Under the pieces are notes generated by a model, which was not told the DNA's origin, searched no databases, and worked only from the letters and a program-made list of their open reading frames with translations. Shown here piece by piece: positions 41,402-51,079 of a stretch of 64,000 bases of DNA. The stretch covers positions 1,140 to 65,139 of the forward strand of contig JAZOSB010000021.1 of assembly GCA_045656865.1 (NCBI GenBank), in the 5' to 3' direction. The position numbers were made by a program, and so were the translations under genes. The stretch's first letter is position 1. Every line of letters starts with the position of its first letter. Source of the stretch: Clostridia bacterium (GTDB lineage: Bacteria > Bacillota > Clostridia > UMGS1883).

Positions 41402-42386
41402 GAGGAACACCTTTCTCAATAGATTCTGCAGTTTTCAGCTTTCTGAAATCAGCGAAGCTGTCTATACAGCCTGCTACGGTATATGCTATGGAAACAATGG
41501 GGAAAACAACGATTGCACCAACATATATTATCACACGAAAAGCCGTAAACCTTACAATCTTTCGTAAAAAATAATCAACCAAGGAAATACCGGCAAACAT
41601 AGCAATCATTTGCAGGACAATCATCATATTAAAAAGAACGGCTGTTACTACTTCGCGAAGAACAAGCTTTTCCGAAGCACCTATAAGGACCAAAATAAGA
41701 ATAACCAACAAAAAAACGATTGTCATTGTTTTTGGAATTTTGATTGTTGAAAAGGAATGTTTCATCCCGACAGGAAGCTTTCTTAACTGTACTGAAACCG
41801 ACCACATAACCAAATACGCCAGAATCAACGATATTATTATAAATACCGACGGAATCAGCATTGAAACAAAATTATGGGTAAGACTAATTATTTTATTTAT
41901 TTCAGGAGCTAAAACACCAAGCTCAGCTTCAGGCAGATTTGAAAGAGTCTGATTTACTATATACTTCATTTCTTCGGCAGACGGAACCATCGCCTCCACT
42001 ACTGACAAACCTCTTGAAGATGCCTGAAATTGGGCGTATAAATATTCAGGGATAAGTATTCCTGCAGTCGCCCAGTACATTCCTAATGAAAATTTCTTTT
42101 TATAAAGGTAGCCATATATACACCCAAGTGCGGATAATACTGCCTGCAAACCTATCACAAGAGCGGTTAATTCTCCGCCAGGACCTACACCTGCTCCTAT
42201 AAGCATAGAAAAGCAAACGGTACATAAGGATGTTGCAAATGACGTCAGCGGTCCAAAGACCATAAATGACATTGCAATGTTATATGAACATGTTATAATA
42301 GCCAGTGTCGGAACCCCAAAAATCATAGGGAGTAAGGACACAATAGCCCTTAAAACAACACCGAAATTCAGTCTTTCTTTACGCAT
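41385..42386 (-). CDS. YybS/DUF2232 family membrane protein
   Basis: Polytopic membrane protein with a C-terminal G..DSF.DFRK motif, in the conserved position upstream of gdpP. Confidence 0.8.
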   Translation of the reverse strand: MRKERLNFGVVLRAIVSLLPMIFGVPTLAIITCSYNIAMSFMVFGPLTSFATSLCTVCFSMLIGAGVGPGGELTALVIGLQAVLSALGCIYGYLYKKKFSLGMYWATAGILIPEYLYAQFQASSRGLSVVEAMVPSAEEMKYIVNQTLSNLPEAELGVLAPEINKIISLTHNFVSMLIPSVFIIISLILAYLVMWSVSVQLRKLPVGMKHSFSTIKIPKTMTIVFLLVILILVLIGASEKLVLREVVTAVLFNMMIVLQMIAMFAGISLVDYFLRKIVRFTAFRVIIYVGAIVVFPIVSIAYTVAGCIDSFADFRKLKTAESIEKGVPHETEE

Positions 42387-42437
42387 ATATTGTTCCTCTG
42401 TTCTTATCAACGCATAAAAATCCATATTATTTTGTTT

Positions 42438-42466
42438 ATTATACCACAAGGGTATAAATATGTAAA
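42438..42466 (-). promoter_or_regulatory. Promoter of the yybS-gdpP-rplI-dnaB operon
   Basis: TTTACA-17 bp-TATAAT with an extended -10 TG. Confidence 0.7.
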
Positions 42467-42497
42467 GAATAATTTACCTGTTTTTATTTCAAGAAAG

Positions 42498-42526
42498 TTG
42501 ATTTTTCCGTGATGTTGTGATAAAAT
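42498..42526 (+). promoter_or_regulatory. Promoter of the PqqD/YnbB-like pair
   Basis: TTGATT-17 bp-TAAAAT with an extended -10 TG. Confidence 0.65.
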
Positions 42527-42556
42527 TGACTTATATTTTTTAAAGAGGTGTTTGAA

Positions 42557-42820
42557 ATGAAACTTCGTGATGGTTATCTGCTTCGTAAAGTTGCAGGGAA
42601 AAATATAGTCGTATCTGTTGGAAGTGATGTAGAATTCAACGGAATGCTGACACTTAATGACACCGGTGTGTTTTTCTGGGAGCTTTTGAAAAACAATACC
42701 ACAAAAGAAGAAATGCTTGCAAAAATTCTGGAGGAGTATGATGTTTCTGAGGATGAGGCATCCTGTGACCTTGACGATTTTTTGACCAAGCTGAAAGAAG
42801 CAAAACTACTGGAGGACTAA
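42557..42820 (+). CDS. PqqD family protein (stand-alone RiPP recognition element fold)
   Basis: Y.LRKVAG..IVV, LNDTG.FFWELL, L.EYDV....A..D+..F+..L pattern. Start placed at ATG 42557, downstream of GAGGTG. Confidence 0.85.
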   Translation: MKLRDGYLLRKVAGKNIVVSVGSDVEFNGMLTLNDTGVFFWELLKNNTTKEEMLAKILEEYDVSEDEASCDLDDFLTKLKEAKLLED

Positions 42821-42821
42821 A

Positions 42822-44054
42822 ATGTACATTGACGAAAGAATACGCTTGTTAGCTGCTGAAACTGAAAAAGAAATTGCACCTTACTTTGACAGAATTGACG
42901 AAATATCACGTTTTAACCAGGAAAAAGTTCTTGATGCTTTTATAAAACACCGTGTGGGGGAAAACTGCCTTTATCCCTCTACGGGCTACGGTTACGGAGA
43001 TGTAGGCAGAGAAACGCTTGAAGCTATTTATGCTGATGTTTTCGGTGCGGAGGATGCTCTTGTACGCCATAATATAGTAAATGGTACACACTGTCTTACC
43101 ATTTCCCTTTTTGCAGTTTTACGCCCCGGAGATACATTGCTTGCCGCTACAGGAAAGCCTTATGACACGCTTGAAGAGGTTATCGGAATTTCAGGTGACA
43201 GTGGCGGAAGCCTTAAGGATTTCGGCGTATCCTACAAGCAGGTTGACCTCATAGACGGAAATGTTGATTTAGAAGGAATCGCAAAGGCGTTGACCCCTGA
43301 TGTGAAGGCAGTAATACTTCAGCGTTCAAAAGGATACGACTGGAGAGAAACTCTCAGCTGTGAAAAGCTTGGAGCAGCCATTTCCCATATTAAATCTATA
43401 AGACCCGATGTCTGCTGTATTGTCGACAATTGTTACGGAGAATTTGCAGAGAAAACAGAGCCTACACAGCATGGTGCAGATATGGTGGTAGGTTCACTTA
43501 TTAAAAACATTGGTGGTTCGTTGGCTCAGTCAGGCGGTTATATCGCAGGAAAGAAAAAGTATGTTGAGCTTGCCGCATACAGGCAGACTGCACCTGGACT
43601 CGGTAAAGAATGCGGTGCAACACTTGGGCAGAACAGATATATGTTCCAGGGACTCTTTATGGCACCCCATATTGTAGCACAGGCAATCAAGAGTGCAATT
43701 TTCGGTGGCGCACTTATGCAGAAGCTTGGCTATGAGGTAAATCCCAAGCCCGAGGAAAACCATTACGATATTATTCAGGCAATTAAATTCAATGATGAAC
43801 AAAAGCTAATTAAATTCATTCAGGGTATACAGAAGGCTTCTCCCATTGACAGCTTTGCTCTCCCGATGCCGTGGGATATGCCCGGCTATCAGCATCAGGT
43901 TATAATGGCAGCAGGGACATTTGTTTCCGGCGCAAGTATAGAACTAAGTGCTGATGCCCCAATAAAACCACCTTATGTAGGCTTTATGCAGGGCGGTATA
44001 ACATACGAAAGTGCAAGACTAGCCATAATGAATGCCGCTGCAGAAATTTTCTAA
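42822..44054 (+). CDS. YnbB-like PLP-dependent protein (methionine gamma-lyase family / aluminium resistance family)
   Basis: STGYGYGD.GRE.LE, VNGTH, PYDTL, QRSKGY, VDNCYGEF, GSLIKN and MAAGTFVSGASIELSAD motifs. Confidence 0.88.
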   Translation: MYIDERIRLLAAETEKEIAPYFDRIDEISRFNQEKVLDAFIKHRVGENCLYPSTGYGYGDVGRETLEAIYADVFGAEDALVRHNIVNGTHCLTISLFAVLRPGDTLLAATGKPYDTLEEVIGISGDSGGSLKDFGVSYKQVDLIDGNVDLEGIAKALTPDVKAVILQRSKGYDWRETLSCEKLGAAISHIKSIRPDVCCIVDNCYGEFAEKTEPTQHGADMVVGSLIKNIGGSLAQSGGYIAGKKKYVELAAYRQTAPGLGKECGATLGQNRYMFQGLFMAPHIVAQAIKSAIFGGALMQKLGYEVNPKPEENHYDIIQAIKFNDEQKLIKFIQGIQKASPIDSFALPMPWDMPGYQHQVIMAAGTFVSGASIELSADAPIKPPYVGFMQGGITYESARLAIMNAAAEIF

Positions 44055-44057
44055 GTC

Positions 44058-44094
44058 AAAAATCCGTTTTCGATATAACGAAAACGGATTTTTT
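44058..44094. terminator. Bidirectional terminator
   Basis: AAAAATCCGTTTTCG-ATATAA-CGAAAACGGATTTTT. Confidence 0.88.
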
Positions 44095-44096
44095 GT

Positions 44097-46547
44097 TTAA
44101 AGAACTTTATAGCCCTGTTCTTCTACAATGCTTTTAAGTGTGTCGAAAGGAATTTCTTTATCTGATTTCACAATTGCCTCACCTGTCTTATGGCTTGCAA
44201 TTACTTCCGTGACACCCTCCACGGCTTCAAGAGAACTTTTCACTCTTGCTTCGCAGTGAGGACACATCATACCCTCGATTTTAATTACTGTTTCCATCTC
44301 TTTTATCTCCTTTTTATTTATATTGGTTTTAAACAAATTCAACCTGAGTGCATTCGTAATAACACAAAAGCTCGAAAGGCTCATTGCCGCTGCACCGAAC
44401 ATCGGACTAAGCTCCCAGCCTGTAAATGGTATCCATAAACCTGCTGCAAGGGGTATACCAATCACATTGTAGCAAAAAGCCCAGAACAGATTTTCTTTTA
44501 TATTCTTAAGAACAGCTCTGCTGAGTAAAATTGCGGAGGCTACATCAGAAAGAGAGTTTTTAGTGAGTATAATATCAGCAGAATCAATAGCAATATCTGT
44601 ACCTGCACCAAGTGCTGTACCTATGTCTGCCGAGGTTAATGCAGGGGCATCATTGATTCCGTCCCCTATCATCATAACGAGTCCATCTTTTTTAAGCTCT
44701 CGTATTGTCTGTTCCTTGCCGTCGGGAAGTACGTCAGCTATGACATTTTCGATTCCGACCTGTCCTGCAATAACCACTGCGGTATTAATATTATCCCCTG
44801 TAATCATTACAGGCTTAATTCCCAGTTGCCTTAGCTTTGCAATAGCATCCTTACTGTCAGCTTTAACAACATCCGCAACAGCTATTATTCCCAGAATCTC
44901 CCCCTCTTTTGCAAATATCAGAGGCGTTTTCCCCTCTAGGGAAAGTTTATTCAGGGATTCTTTAACCGCTTCATCAGGCTTTATCTTGCTTTCTATCAGG
45001 CGGATATTACCACCGAAAACATTTACATTTTTATATATGCCTTTTACACCTGCACCTGGTAAATTTTCAAAGGATTCAATTTTTTCAGGAGAAATATTTT
45101 TCAGTTCACATTCTCCAAGTATTGCTTTTGCAAAAGGATGCTCGCTGTTTTGTTCAAGAGCACATGCTATTTCCAAAAGCTCATTTTCCTCTGCTGAAAT
45201 TGGAATAATATCCGTAACTGACGGATTCCCCTCTGTAATTGTACCTGTTTTGTCAATTGCAGCAATCTTTATCTTTCCTGCCTGCTCCAGAGCAGTCGCA
45301 TTCTTAAACAAAATTCCGTTCTTTGCCCCTACCCCGTTTCCGACCATAATCGCAACGGGAGTTGCAAGTCCCAGTGCACACGGACAGCTTATTACAAGGA
45401 CACAAACCCCTTTTGTCAATGCAAAGCCGACATCTTTACCTAAAATCATCCATATAGTAAAGGTTATTACTGCTATTAATAATACTATGGGCACAAATAC
45501 GCCTGAAACCTTATCCGCAATCCTCGCAATAGGTGCCTTTGTTGCAGAAGAATCCTCTATCATCTTTATAATTTTAGACAGAGCAGTATCTTCCCCGACA
45601 CCGGTTGCTCTGCATTTAAGATATCCCGACTTATTGATTGTTGCAGCTGAAACCTTATCCCCGATATTTTTATCTTTAGGCAAGCTTTCTCCCGTAAGAG
45701 CAGATTCATCTACAGCAGAATGTCCATCAATGACAATGCCGTCTGCAGGAATTGATTTCCCTGGATTGACAATGAAAATATCTCCAATAAGAACTTCCTC
45801 GGCAGGTATGACAAGCTCTTCCCCTTTACGGATTACGGTTGCCGTTCTGGGAGCAAGCCTGATAAGACTCTTGATAGCGTTTGTTGTCTTACCCTTGGAA
45901 CGTGCTTCAAGTAGCTTGCCCACGCTGATAAGGGTAAGAATCATCGCTGCAGACTCAAAATATAATGAATGTGCAAGCTTATGAGCTACGGTCATATCTC
46001 CTGTAAGCTGTGCTTCTGCAATTTCAAAAAGAAGATAAACACTATAAACAAAAGAGGCAAACGACCCCATAGAAACAAGAACATCCATATTTGGGTTACG
46101 GTGTCTGATACTCTTATACGCGTTTATAAAAAAGGTTCTGTTAATAAACATTACAACTGCTGAAAGCACCATTTGAATTATTCCTGCAAGAAGCATATTG
46201 CTCCTCAAAAATTCAGGCGTTGGTAAGCTAAGCATTTTCCCCATTGAAAGGTACATCAGGGGAATCAGAATAATCACTGAAAAAACAAGACGATTTTTTA
46301 TCTTTTTGAAGTTTAATTCTTCCTGACTTTCTTTACTCTGTGATGAACCTTCAAACAATTCCGCCTCATAGCCTGCATTTTCAACTGCAGATATGATTTC
46401 TGTGTCTGTTACATTTCCCTCAACAACTAAAGAGTTTGTCAAAAGACTAACATTACAGCTTGTAACTCCGTTAAGAGAATTTACCGCTTTTTCCACTCTT
46501 GAGCTACACGTAGCACAGCTCATTCCTGAAACTTTATATTTTTTCAT
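44097..46547 (-). CDS. copA: Cu(I)-translocating P1B-type ATPase with N- and C-terminal HMA domains
   Basis: GMSCATC, TGES, CPC, DKTGT, GDGIND, YN and C-terminal GMMCPHC motifs. Confidence 0.9.
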   Translation of the reverse strand: MKKYKVSGMSCATCSSRVEKAVNSLNGVTSCNVSLLTNSLVVEGNVTDTEIISAVENAGYEAELFEGSSQSKESQEELNFKKIKNRLVFSVIILIPLMYLSMGKMLSLPTPEFLRSNMLLAGIIQMVLSAVVMFINRTFFINAYKSIRHRNPNMDVLVSMGSFASFVYSVYLLFEIAEAQLTGDMTVAHKLAHSLYFESAAMILTLISVGKLLEARSKGKTTNAIKSLIRLAPRTATVIRKGEELVIPAEEVLIGDIFIVNPGKSIPADGIVIDGHSAVDESALTGESLPKDKNIGDKVSAATINKSGYLKCRATGVGEDTALSKIIKMIEDSSATKAPIARIADKVSGVFVPIVLLIAVITFTIWMILGKDVGFALTKGVCVLVISCPCALGLATPVAIMVGNGVGAKNGILFKNATALEQAGKIKIAAIDKTGTITEGNPSVTDIIPISAEENELLEIACALEQNSEHPFAKAILGECELKNISPEKIESFENLPGAGVKGIYKNVNVFGGNIRLIESKIKPDEAVKESLNKLSLEGKTPLIFAKEGEILGIIAVADVVKADSKDAIAKLRQLGIKPVMITGDNINTAVVIAGQVGIENVIADVLPDGKEQTIRELKKDGLVMMIGDGINDAPALTSADIGTALGAGTDIAIDSADIILTKNSLSDVASAILLSRAVLKNIKENLFWAFCYNVIGIPLAAGLWIPFTGWELSPMFGAAAMSLSSFCVITNALRLNLFKTNINKKEIKEMETVIKIEGMMCPHCEARVKSSLEAVEGVTEVIASHKTGEAIVKSDKEIPFDTLKSIVEEQGYKVL

Positions 46548-46584
46548 CTAACTACCTCTCATTAACTGTTTTTTTCTGTATTTA

Positions 46585-46613
46585 ATTTTATACCCCCTAC
46601 GGATGTTTGTCAA
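46585..46613 (-). promoter_or_regulatory. copA promoter with a CsoR-type operator in the spacer
   Basis: TTGACA-17 bp-TAAAAT. The spacer region reads ATACCCCCTACGGATGT on the + strand, resembling the G/C-tract pseudo-palindromes bound by CsoR. Confidence 0.7.
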
Positions 46614-46614
46614 T

Positions 46615-46655
46615 AAAAACACCGTACATAACATATGGAAGTTATGTACGGTGTT
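46615..46655 (-). terminator. Terminator of the sugar catabolic operon
   Basis: AACACCGTACATAAC-8 nt-GTTATGTACGGTGTT, with a U-tract on the minus strand. Confidence 0.85.
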
Positions 46656-46666
46656 AAAATTTTTAA

Positions 46667-47605
46667 TCAGTTACATTCTGCAGTAAGAGGACCTGCAAGT
46701 TCTTTCAGGTAGAAAAGCTTACCGGGAAGTGTGGGAATAAATGAAGAAGTAATATTCATATCGGGTCCGTAGTGGAGAGTTGTAAGGAAGCTCATTCCCT
46801 GCCAGCTCATACCTCTTCCGAGCCATCCGTCACATCCGCCGATTATTGTATCTGCCTGCAGGAACAAACCTGGTCCGATTGTATTTGCACTACAGGGAAC
46901 AAGTGTTGTACGGCTCTTAAAGCTTGTTATAGCATTCTGCTCAATTGTAAGGGGATGAAGCTTTGCACCAATTCGGTAACACTGCTTCTTCCATTCCTCA
47001 ACAGAAGAAAACTCCTCAGCAAACTGTGGCTCCCAGAATGCAATATGACACATTCTTCCTATACCGAATACCAGAACAAGCTTTGCACCCTCTGCCTTGA
47101 GTGCACTTATTTTTTCGGGGTATGTAGGAAGATTTTCCTTAGTTGCAAAATTACGCTGAGACTCAGGTACGGTATTTTCTCCAAGCTTGTTGAAAAAAGC
47201 TTCCTTCATACTGTATTCAAAGGATGCAGGATTACTGCTGTCAAGTGTATTACCTTCACCGTCTGCCCATTCATCCATATTGAAAGTATATACGTGGTCA
47301 CACTTAACATTCCATTCATTGATAAAGTATGCAGCCCATTTATACATACCCATAGGTCCTACGGGGAGAATCATTGCAAGCTTTTCCCCTCTGTCACGGG
47401 CTTCCTTAATTTTAAGAGCAATCTCGTGTCCCATAAGTGTATCAAATTCGTAGATATTTTCACACTCTACGGGATTGAAATCCTTGTGCCAGAAATCCTC
47501 ACGCTGTACACCCTTTTCACAGCATTCATCAATTTTTTCCATATCCCATCCCTTGGGGTAAAAGTTTTCCAAAAGACTACCTTTAACTGTACTTAAAAAA
47601 TCCAT
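46667..47605 (-). CDS. Divergent NagB-superfamily sugar-phosphate isomerase/deaminase
   Basis: [26 protein letters not shown] and TIG correspond to the NagB motifs LPTG, FNLDEY and GIG..GHI.FNEP. Confidence 0.75.
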   Translation of the reverse strand: MDFLSTVKGSLLENFYPKGWDMEKIDECCEKGVQREDFWHKDFNPVECENIYEFDTLMGHEIALKIKEARDRGEKLAMILPVGPMGMYKWAAYFINEWNVKCDHVYTFNMDEWADGEGNTLDSSNPASFEYSMKEAFFNKLGENTVPESQRNFATKENLPTYPEKISALKAEGAKLVLVFGIGRMCHIAFWEPQFAEEFSSVEEWKKQCYRIGAKLHPLTIEQNAITSFKSRTTLVPCSANTIGPGLFLQADTIIGGCDGWLGRGMSWQGMSFLTTLHYGPDMNITSSFIPTLPGKLFYLKELAGPLTAECN

Positions 47606-47624
47606 TTTAAATCCTCCCTATAAA

Positions 47625-48452
47625 TTACGCTTTATTACTGCTGCCAAAGAGCTGCATTTTTCCTTTTACAACCTCTTTTACAGCATTTTTACCATCATTA
47701 AACAAAATCTCGTGGTTTTCACTTGCAAGATATGCTTCCCTGAGTGCAACACACATTTCCGTACAGATATTTACCTTGCGTATTCCGTTTTTAATTGTGT
47801 TTCTGAAATCATCGTCTGAAAGTCCGCTTCCGCCGTGGAGTACAAGGGGCTTTTTGCTGATTGCATAAATGTCTGCAAGACGATTTATGTCAAGCTTCGG
47901 CTTTTTCTTATACTGACCGTGTGCAGTACCTATTGCAACGGCAAGAGCATCAATATCGGCACGTTCGATAAAGTCGTTTACCTGGTCTACTCTTGTGTAC
48001 ATTTCTTCGATACCGTCATCTGCACCACCCTCGGCACCGCCTACATGACCAAGCTCTGCCTCAACACTTACGCCCTTTGCATGGGCAATTGTACTGATTT
48101 CTTTTGTGTTGGCAATATTTTCCTCATAAGGTAATGCACTTCCATCATACATAACAGAAGTGAAGCCTCCGTCGATTGCAGCCTTGATTTTATCAAAATC
48201 CGTACCGTGGTCAAAATGCAGGCACACGGGGACTGACGCTTCCCTTGCAATTTTGTTCATTATCATACACGCATAATCAAAAGGAATTAAGGGAAGATGA
48301 ACCTCCGCAACACCAAGGATAAGTGGTGATTTTTCTTCCTCTGCTGCCTCAATTATTCCGCGAGCCATTTCAAGATTGAGCATATTGAAAAGACCTACGC
48401 CGTATTTTCTTTCTTCTGCATCTTTTAATATTTCTTTAAGTGTTACAAGCAT
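47625..48452 (-). CDS. Class II fructose/tagatose-bisphosphate aldolase
   Basis: LHFDHG, SVMYDGS, VEAELGHVGG, AIGTAHG, VLHGGSG and KVNI motifs. Confidence 0.92.
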   Translation of the reverse strand: MLVTLKEILKDAEERKYGVGLFNMLNLEMARGIIEAAEEEKSPLILGVAEVHLPLIPFDYACMIMNKIAREASVPVCLHFDHGTDFDKIKAAIDGGFTSVMYDGSALPYEENIANTKEISTIAHAKGVSVEAELGHVGGAEGGADDGIEEMYTRVDQVNDFIERADIDALAVAIGTAHGQYKKKPKLDINRLADIYAISKKPLVLHGGSGLSDDDFRNTIKNGIRKVNICTEMCVALREAYLASENHEILFNDGKNAVKEVVKGKMQLFGSSNKA

Positions 48453-49381
48453 TCTTTCATCCTCCTTGTTTCTTCATATGATTTTATTCCCGTTGTTGCG
48501 CCTTTTTCCATCACGCAACATGCACCCGTAAGGTTACCAAATTCCATACATTCTTCAATGCTTTCATTCCGTGCAAATGCCGCTAAAAATCCTGAACAGA
48601 AGCTATCGCCTGCACCTGTTGTATCAATGGGATTTTGCACATAGAATGGCGGGAAAACATTACCCGACTTCTCTCCCTCTTTACGAAGATAGCTTCCCTT
48701 TGAGCCAAGCTTGATAATGACATTTTTAGCACCTTTCGACACAAAAACATCTGCTATTTCTTCAGGAGAATCCTTTCCTGCAATGCATACAGCCTCGTCA
48801 ATGCTCGGCATAAGGAAATCTATGTAAGGCATAGACATATCGAGAAGTTCTCCCCATTTTCCTTTTGCATCCCAGCAGACATCAAGAAAGGTTGTTTTTC
48901 CTTTTTCCTTGCAATGACGGAGAAAATTCATTGTTTCTTCACCGTCAAATTTATCCATAAGGAAAGTTCCGGTAACGAAAACCATATCACAATTATCAAT
49001 AACACTGTAATCAATGTCACTTTCCGAAAATACTGCATTAGTACCCTTACAATGGAAAAAGGAACGCTCACCGTTTTTATCAATCATAAGCACGGAGGCT
49101 GAGGTTTGTGCGTCGGAACTTGTTTTAAGTCCTTTTGTATCTACTCCTGACTCAATCAGTTTTTTTCTGAGAAAGTCGCCAAACATATCATCTCCAACCA
49201 TGCCTGTCATATAGGATTCAACACCCAATTTTCTAAGATTGATTGCTGCTGTCATAGCGTTTCCACCGTTGTGCATTGTAATGGAATTAACGGGCTCTAA
49301 AACGCCTTTTTCGGGATATTTTGAAACCTTTTCAACGATTACATCGGCAACCAATATTCCTACACAAGCGATCTTCTTCAC
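48443..49381 (-). CDS. PfkB family carbohydrate kinase
   Basis: GG.A...A..L..LG, VGDD.FG and DTTGAGDSF motifs. Start placed at GTG 49381, which overlaps the upstream TGA. Confidence 0.9.
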   Translation of the reverse strand: MKKIACVGILVADVIVEKVSKYPEKGVLEPVNSITMHNGGNAMTAAINLRKLGVESYMTGMVGDDMFGDFLRKKLIESGVDTKGLKTSSDAQTSASVLMIDKNGERSFFHCKGTNAVFSESDIDYSVIDNCDMVFVTGTFLMDKFDGEETMNFLRHCKEKGKTTFLDVCWDAKGKWGELLDMSMPYIDFLMPSIDEAVCIAGKDSPEEIADVFVSKGAKNVIIKLGSKGSYLRKEGEKSGNVFPPFYVQNPIDTTGAGDSFCSGFLAAFARNESIEECMEFGNLTGACCVMEKGATTGIKSYEETRRMKECL

Positions 49382-50076
49382 GGCAAGAGCCTCCTTGCAA
49401 CCACCTTGGGCCATACATATTCCTGCGTAAATGCCTCGGCATAGCCTGCACCACACTGTATTCCCCTGAATCTTGAACAGGTACGGACAAACTCTGCAAA
49501 ATCTATATTGTCGTGGTCACGCATCCATTTAAGCTGACTTTCGTGACATTCCAGCATTTCTATTTTAAGCTCAATTTCTTCTGTTATATCCACATATTCT
49601 GTGGGATTGAAGTTCATTCCTGCAAGATTGTCCATATAGAAAATCGGAACAACAGGTGCTTTTCCACCCTTACCATATTGTGGCACGCTTGCCGCAAAGG
49701 ATGCATCGACAACGAGCCTTGAAACTGCAAGATGGTCAGGCATATAATCGGTCGGACTGTGTGTAATGATAAAATCAGGCTGTACCTTTCTTATAAGCTC
49801 CGTCACCTTGTCACGCTGAGATATGTCGTAGCCATTTACGAGCAAATCTCCGATATCAAGGGTCACTACCTCGATTCCCGCAAGCTTACCTGCCGCCTTC
49901 GCCTCATTTGCACGCATTTGACGAAGCTCATCAGGATGTATTATTTCGTGTCCCATATTTCCGTTGGCAACATGGCATACAGTAACCTTATCTCCACGCT
50001 TTACACATTTTGCAAGTGTTCCGCAGCAGGAGATTTCAATGTCATCCGGATGACATCCAATTGCAAGTACATTCAT
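49378..50076 (-). CDS. PIG-L/LmbE family zinc N-deacetylase
   Basis: HPDD, RANE, THS..D..PDH, YVDIT and H.SQ motifs. Confidence 0.9.
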   Translation of the reverse strand: MNVLAIGCHPDDIEISCCGTLAKCVKRGDKVTVCHVANGNMGHEIIHPDELRQMRANEAKAAGKLAGIEVVTLDIGDLLVNGYDISQRDKVTELIRKVQPDFIITHSPTDYMPDHLAVSRLVVDASFAASVPQYGKGGKAPVVPIFYMDNLAGMNFNPTEYVDITEEIELKIEMLECHESQLKWMRDHDNIDFAEFVRTCSRFRGIQCGAGYAEAFTQEYVWPKVVARRLLP

Positions 50077-50107
50077 TTTTATAACCTCCGTTTATTTTGG
50101 ATTTTAA

Positions 50108-50136
50108 TTGACTTTACGTTACTTTTATTATACAAT
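50108..50136. promoter_or_regulatory. Overlapping divergent promoters of araC and the sugar operon
   Basis: + strand: TTGACT-17 bp-TACAAT. - strand: TATAAT at 50127-50132 without a good -35. Confidence 0.6.
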
Positions 50137-50203
50137 TATCTCAATATGATGTATTTACCAATGATTACGCTATTTTTATCATTTTGTCCGCAGAGGTGGT
50201 TTT

Positions 50204-51079
50204 ATGTTCAAAACACAAAAAATAAAACATGAAATTGAAATAGATGGATTTAACAGTATCTATTACTTTGAGTTCGGAAAAGAGTTTTCTCACGCTCCTG
50301 AAAAGCACGATTTTTGGGAAATGGTTTATGTTGACGGTGGTGAAATTGTCGCCATAACAAATGGTATAGGTTGTACTCTAAAGCAGGGACAGGTTATTTT
50401 CCATGAGCCAATGGAAATTCACGCTCATATTTCTGACAATCGTGTTGCAAACAATATGCTGGTTGTTTCATTTACCTCCGATAGCGAAATAATGAAATAT
50501 TTTAAAAGCAAAACCTTTACCCTTGACAAAACCTCAAAAACACTTCTCTCCCTTTTTGTCGAGGAGGCAAAAAACGCATTGGGAAAGATTCCTGCAGATT
50601 ATGAGGACAAAGGCGATTTAAACTTTCTGCCTGATGTTTTTGGTTCTACTCAGCTTTTACAATGCTATTTCACGGAGTTTCTTATAAGGCTTGTTCGAAG
50701 TGGCAATTCCCTTAGCAGTAATGTATCATCATCAAAAAAATCAAGAGATATTGCAAACAACTCCATCAGCGAGCTTATCTGTGATTATATGAAAAATAAT
50801 ATATATTCTAACATTACTTTAAAAGATATTTGTTCACAATTTTTACAGGGTAAAACACAACTGTGCAAGATATTTCGTGAAAGCACAGGGCAAAGCCCAA
50901 TGGATTATTATATGAATATGAAAATCAAGGAGGCAAAAAAGCTTATAAGGGAGAAAAATTACTCCATAACCCAAATATCAGATATGCTTGGATATTCTTC
51001 TATTCACATTTTTTCAAGAGCATTCAAAAAAGCAGTGGGAATGTCGCCCACCGCTTATGCAAAGAGAATATCAACATAA
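50204..51079 (+). CDS. AraC family transcriptional regulator (cupin + HTH)
   Basis: HDFWEMVYVD.G, then a C-terminal double HTH ITQISDMLGYSSIHIFSRAFKK.VGMSPT. Confidence 0.93.
   Translation: MFKTQKIKHEIEIDGFNSIYYFEFGKEFSHAPEKHDFWEMVYVDGGEIVAITNGIGCTLKQGQVIFHEPMEIHAHISDNRVANNMLVVSFTSDSEIMKYFKSKTFTLDKTSKTLLSLFVEEAKNALGKIPADYEDKGDLNFLPDVFGSTQLLQCYFTEFLIRLVRSGNSLSSNVSSSKKSRDIANNSISELICDYMKNNIYSNITLKDICSQFLQGKTQLCKIFRESTGQSPMDYYMNMKIKEAKKLIREKNYSITQISDMLGYSSIHIFSRAFKKAVGMSPTAYAKRIST

Noticed and set aside
44563-45984. 473-aa + strand ORF antisense to copA
   Set aside because: Shadow frame of a conserved gene, with Ser/Ile/Pro-rich composition, no RBS and no domain motifs.
49382-49456. Cys-rich N-terminal extension of the PfkB kinase
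   Set aside because: It is an alternate frame of the deacetylase 3' end. GTG 49381 has an AGGAGG RBS.
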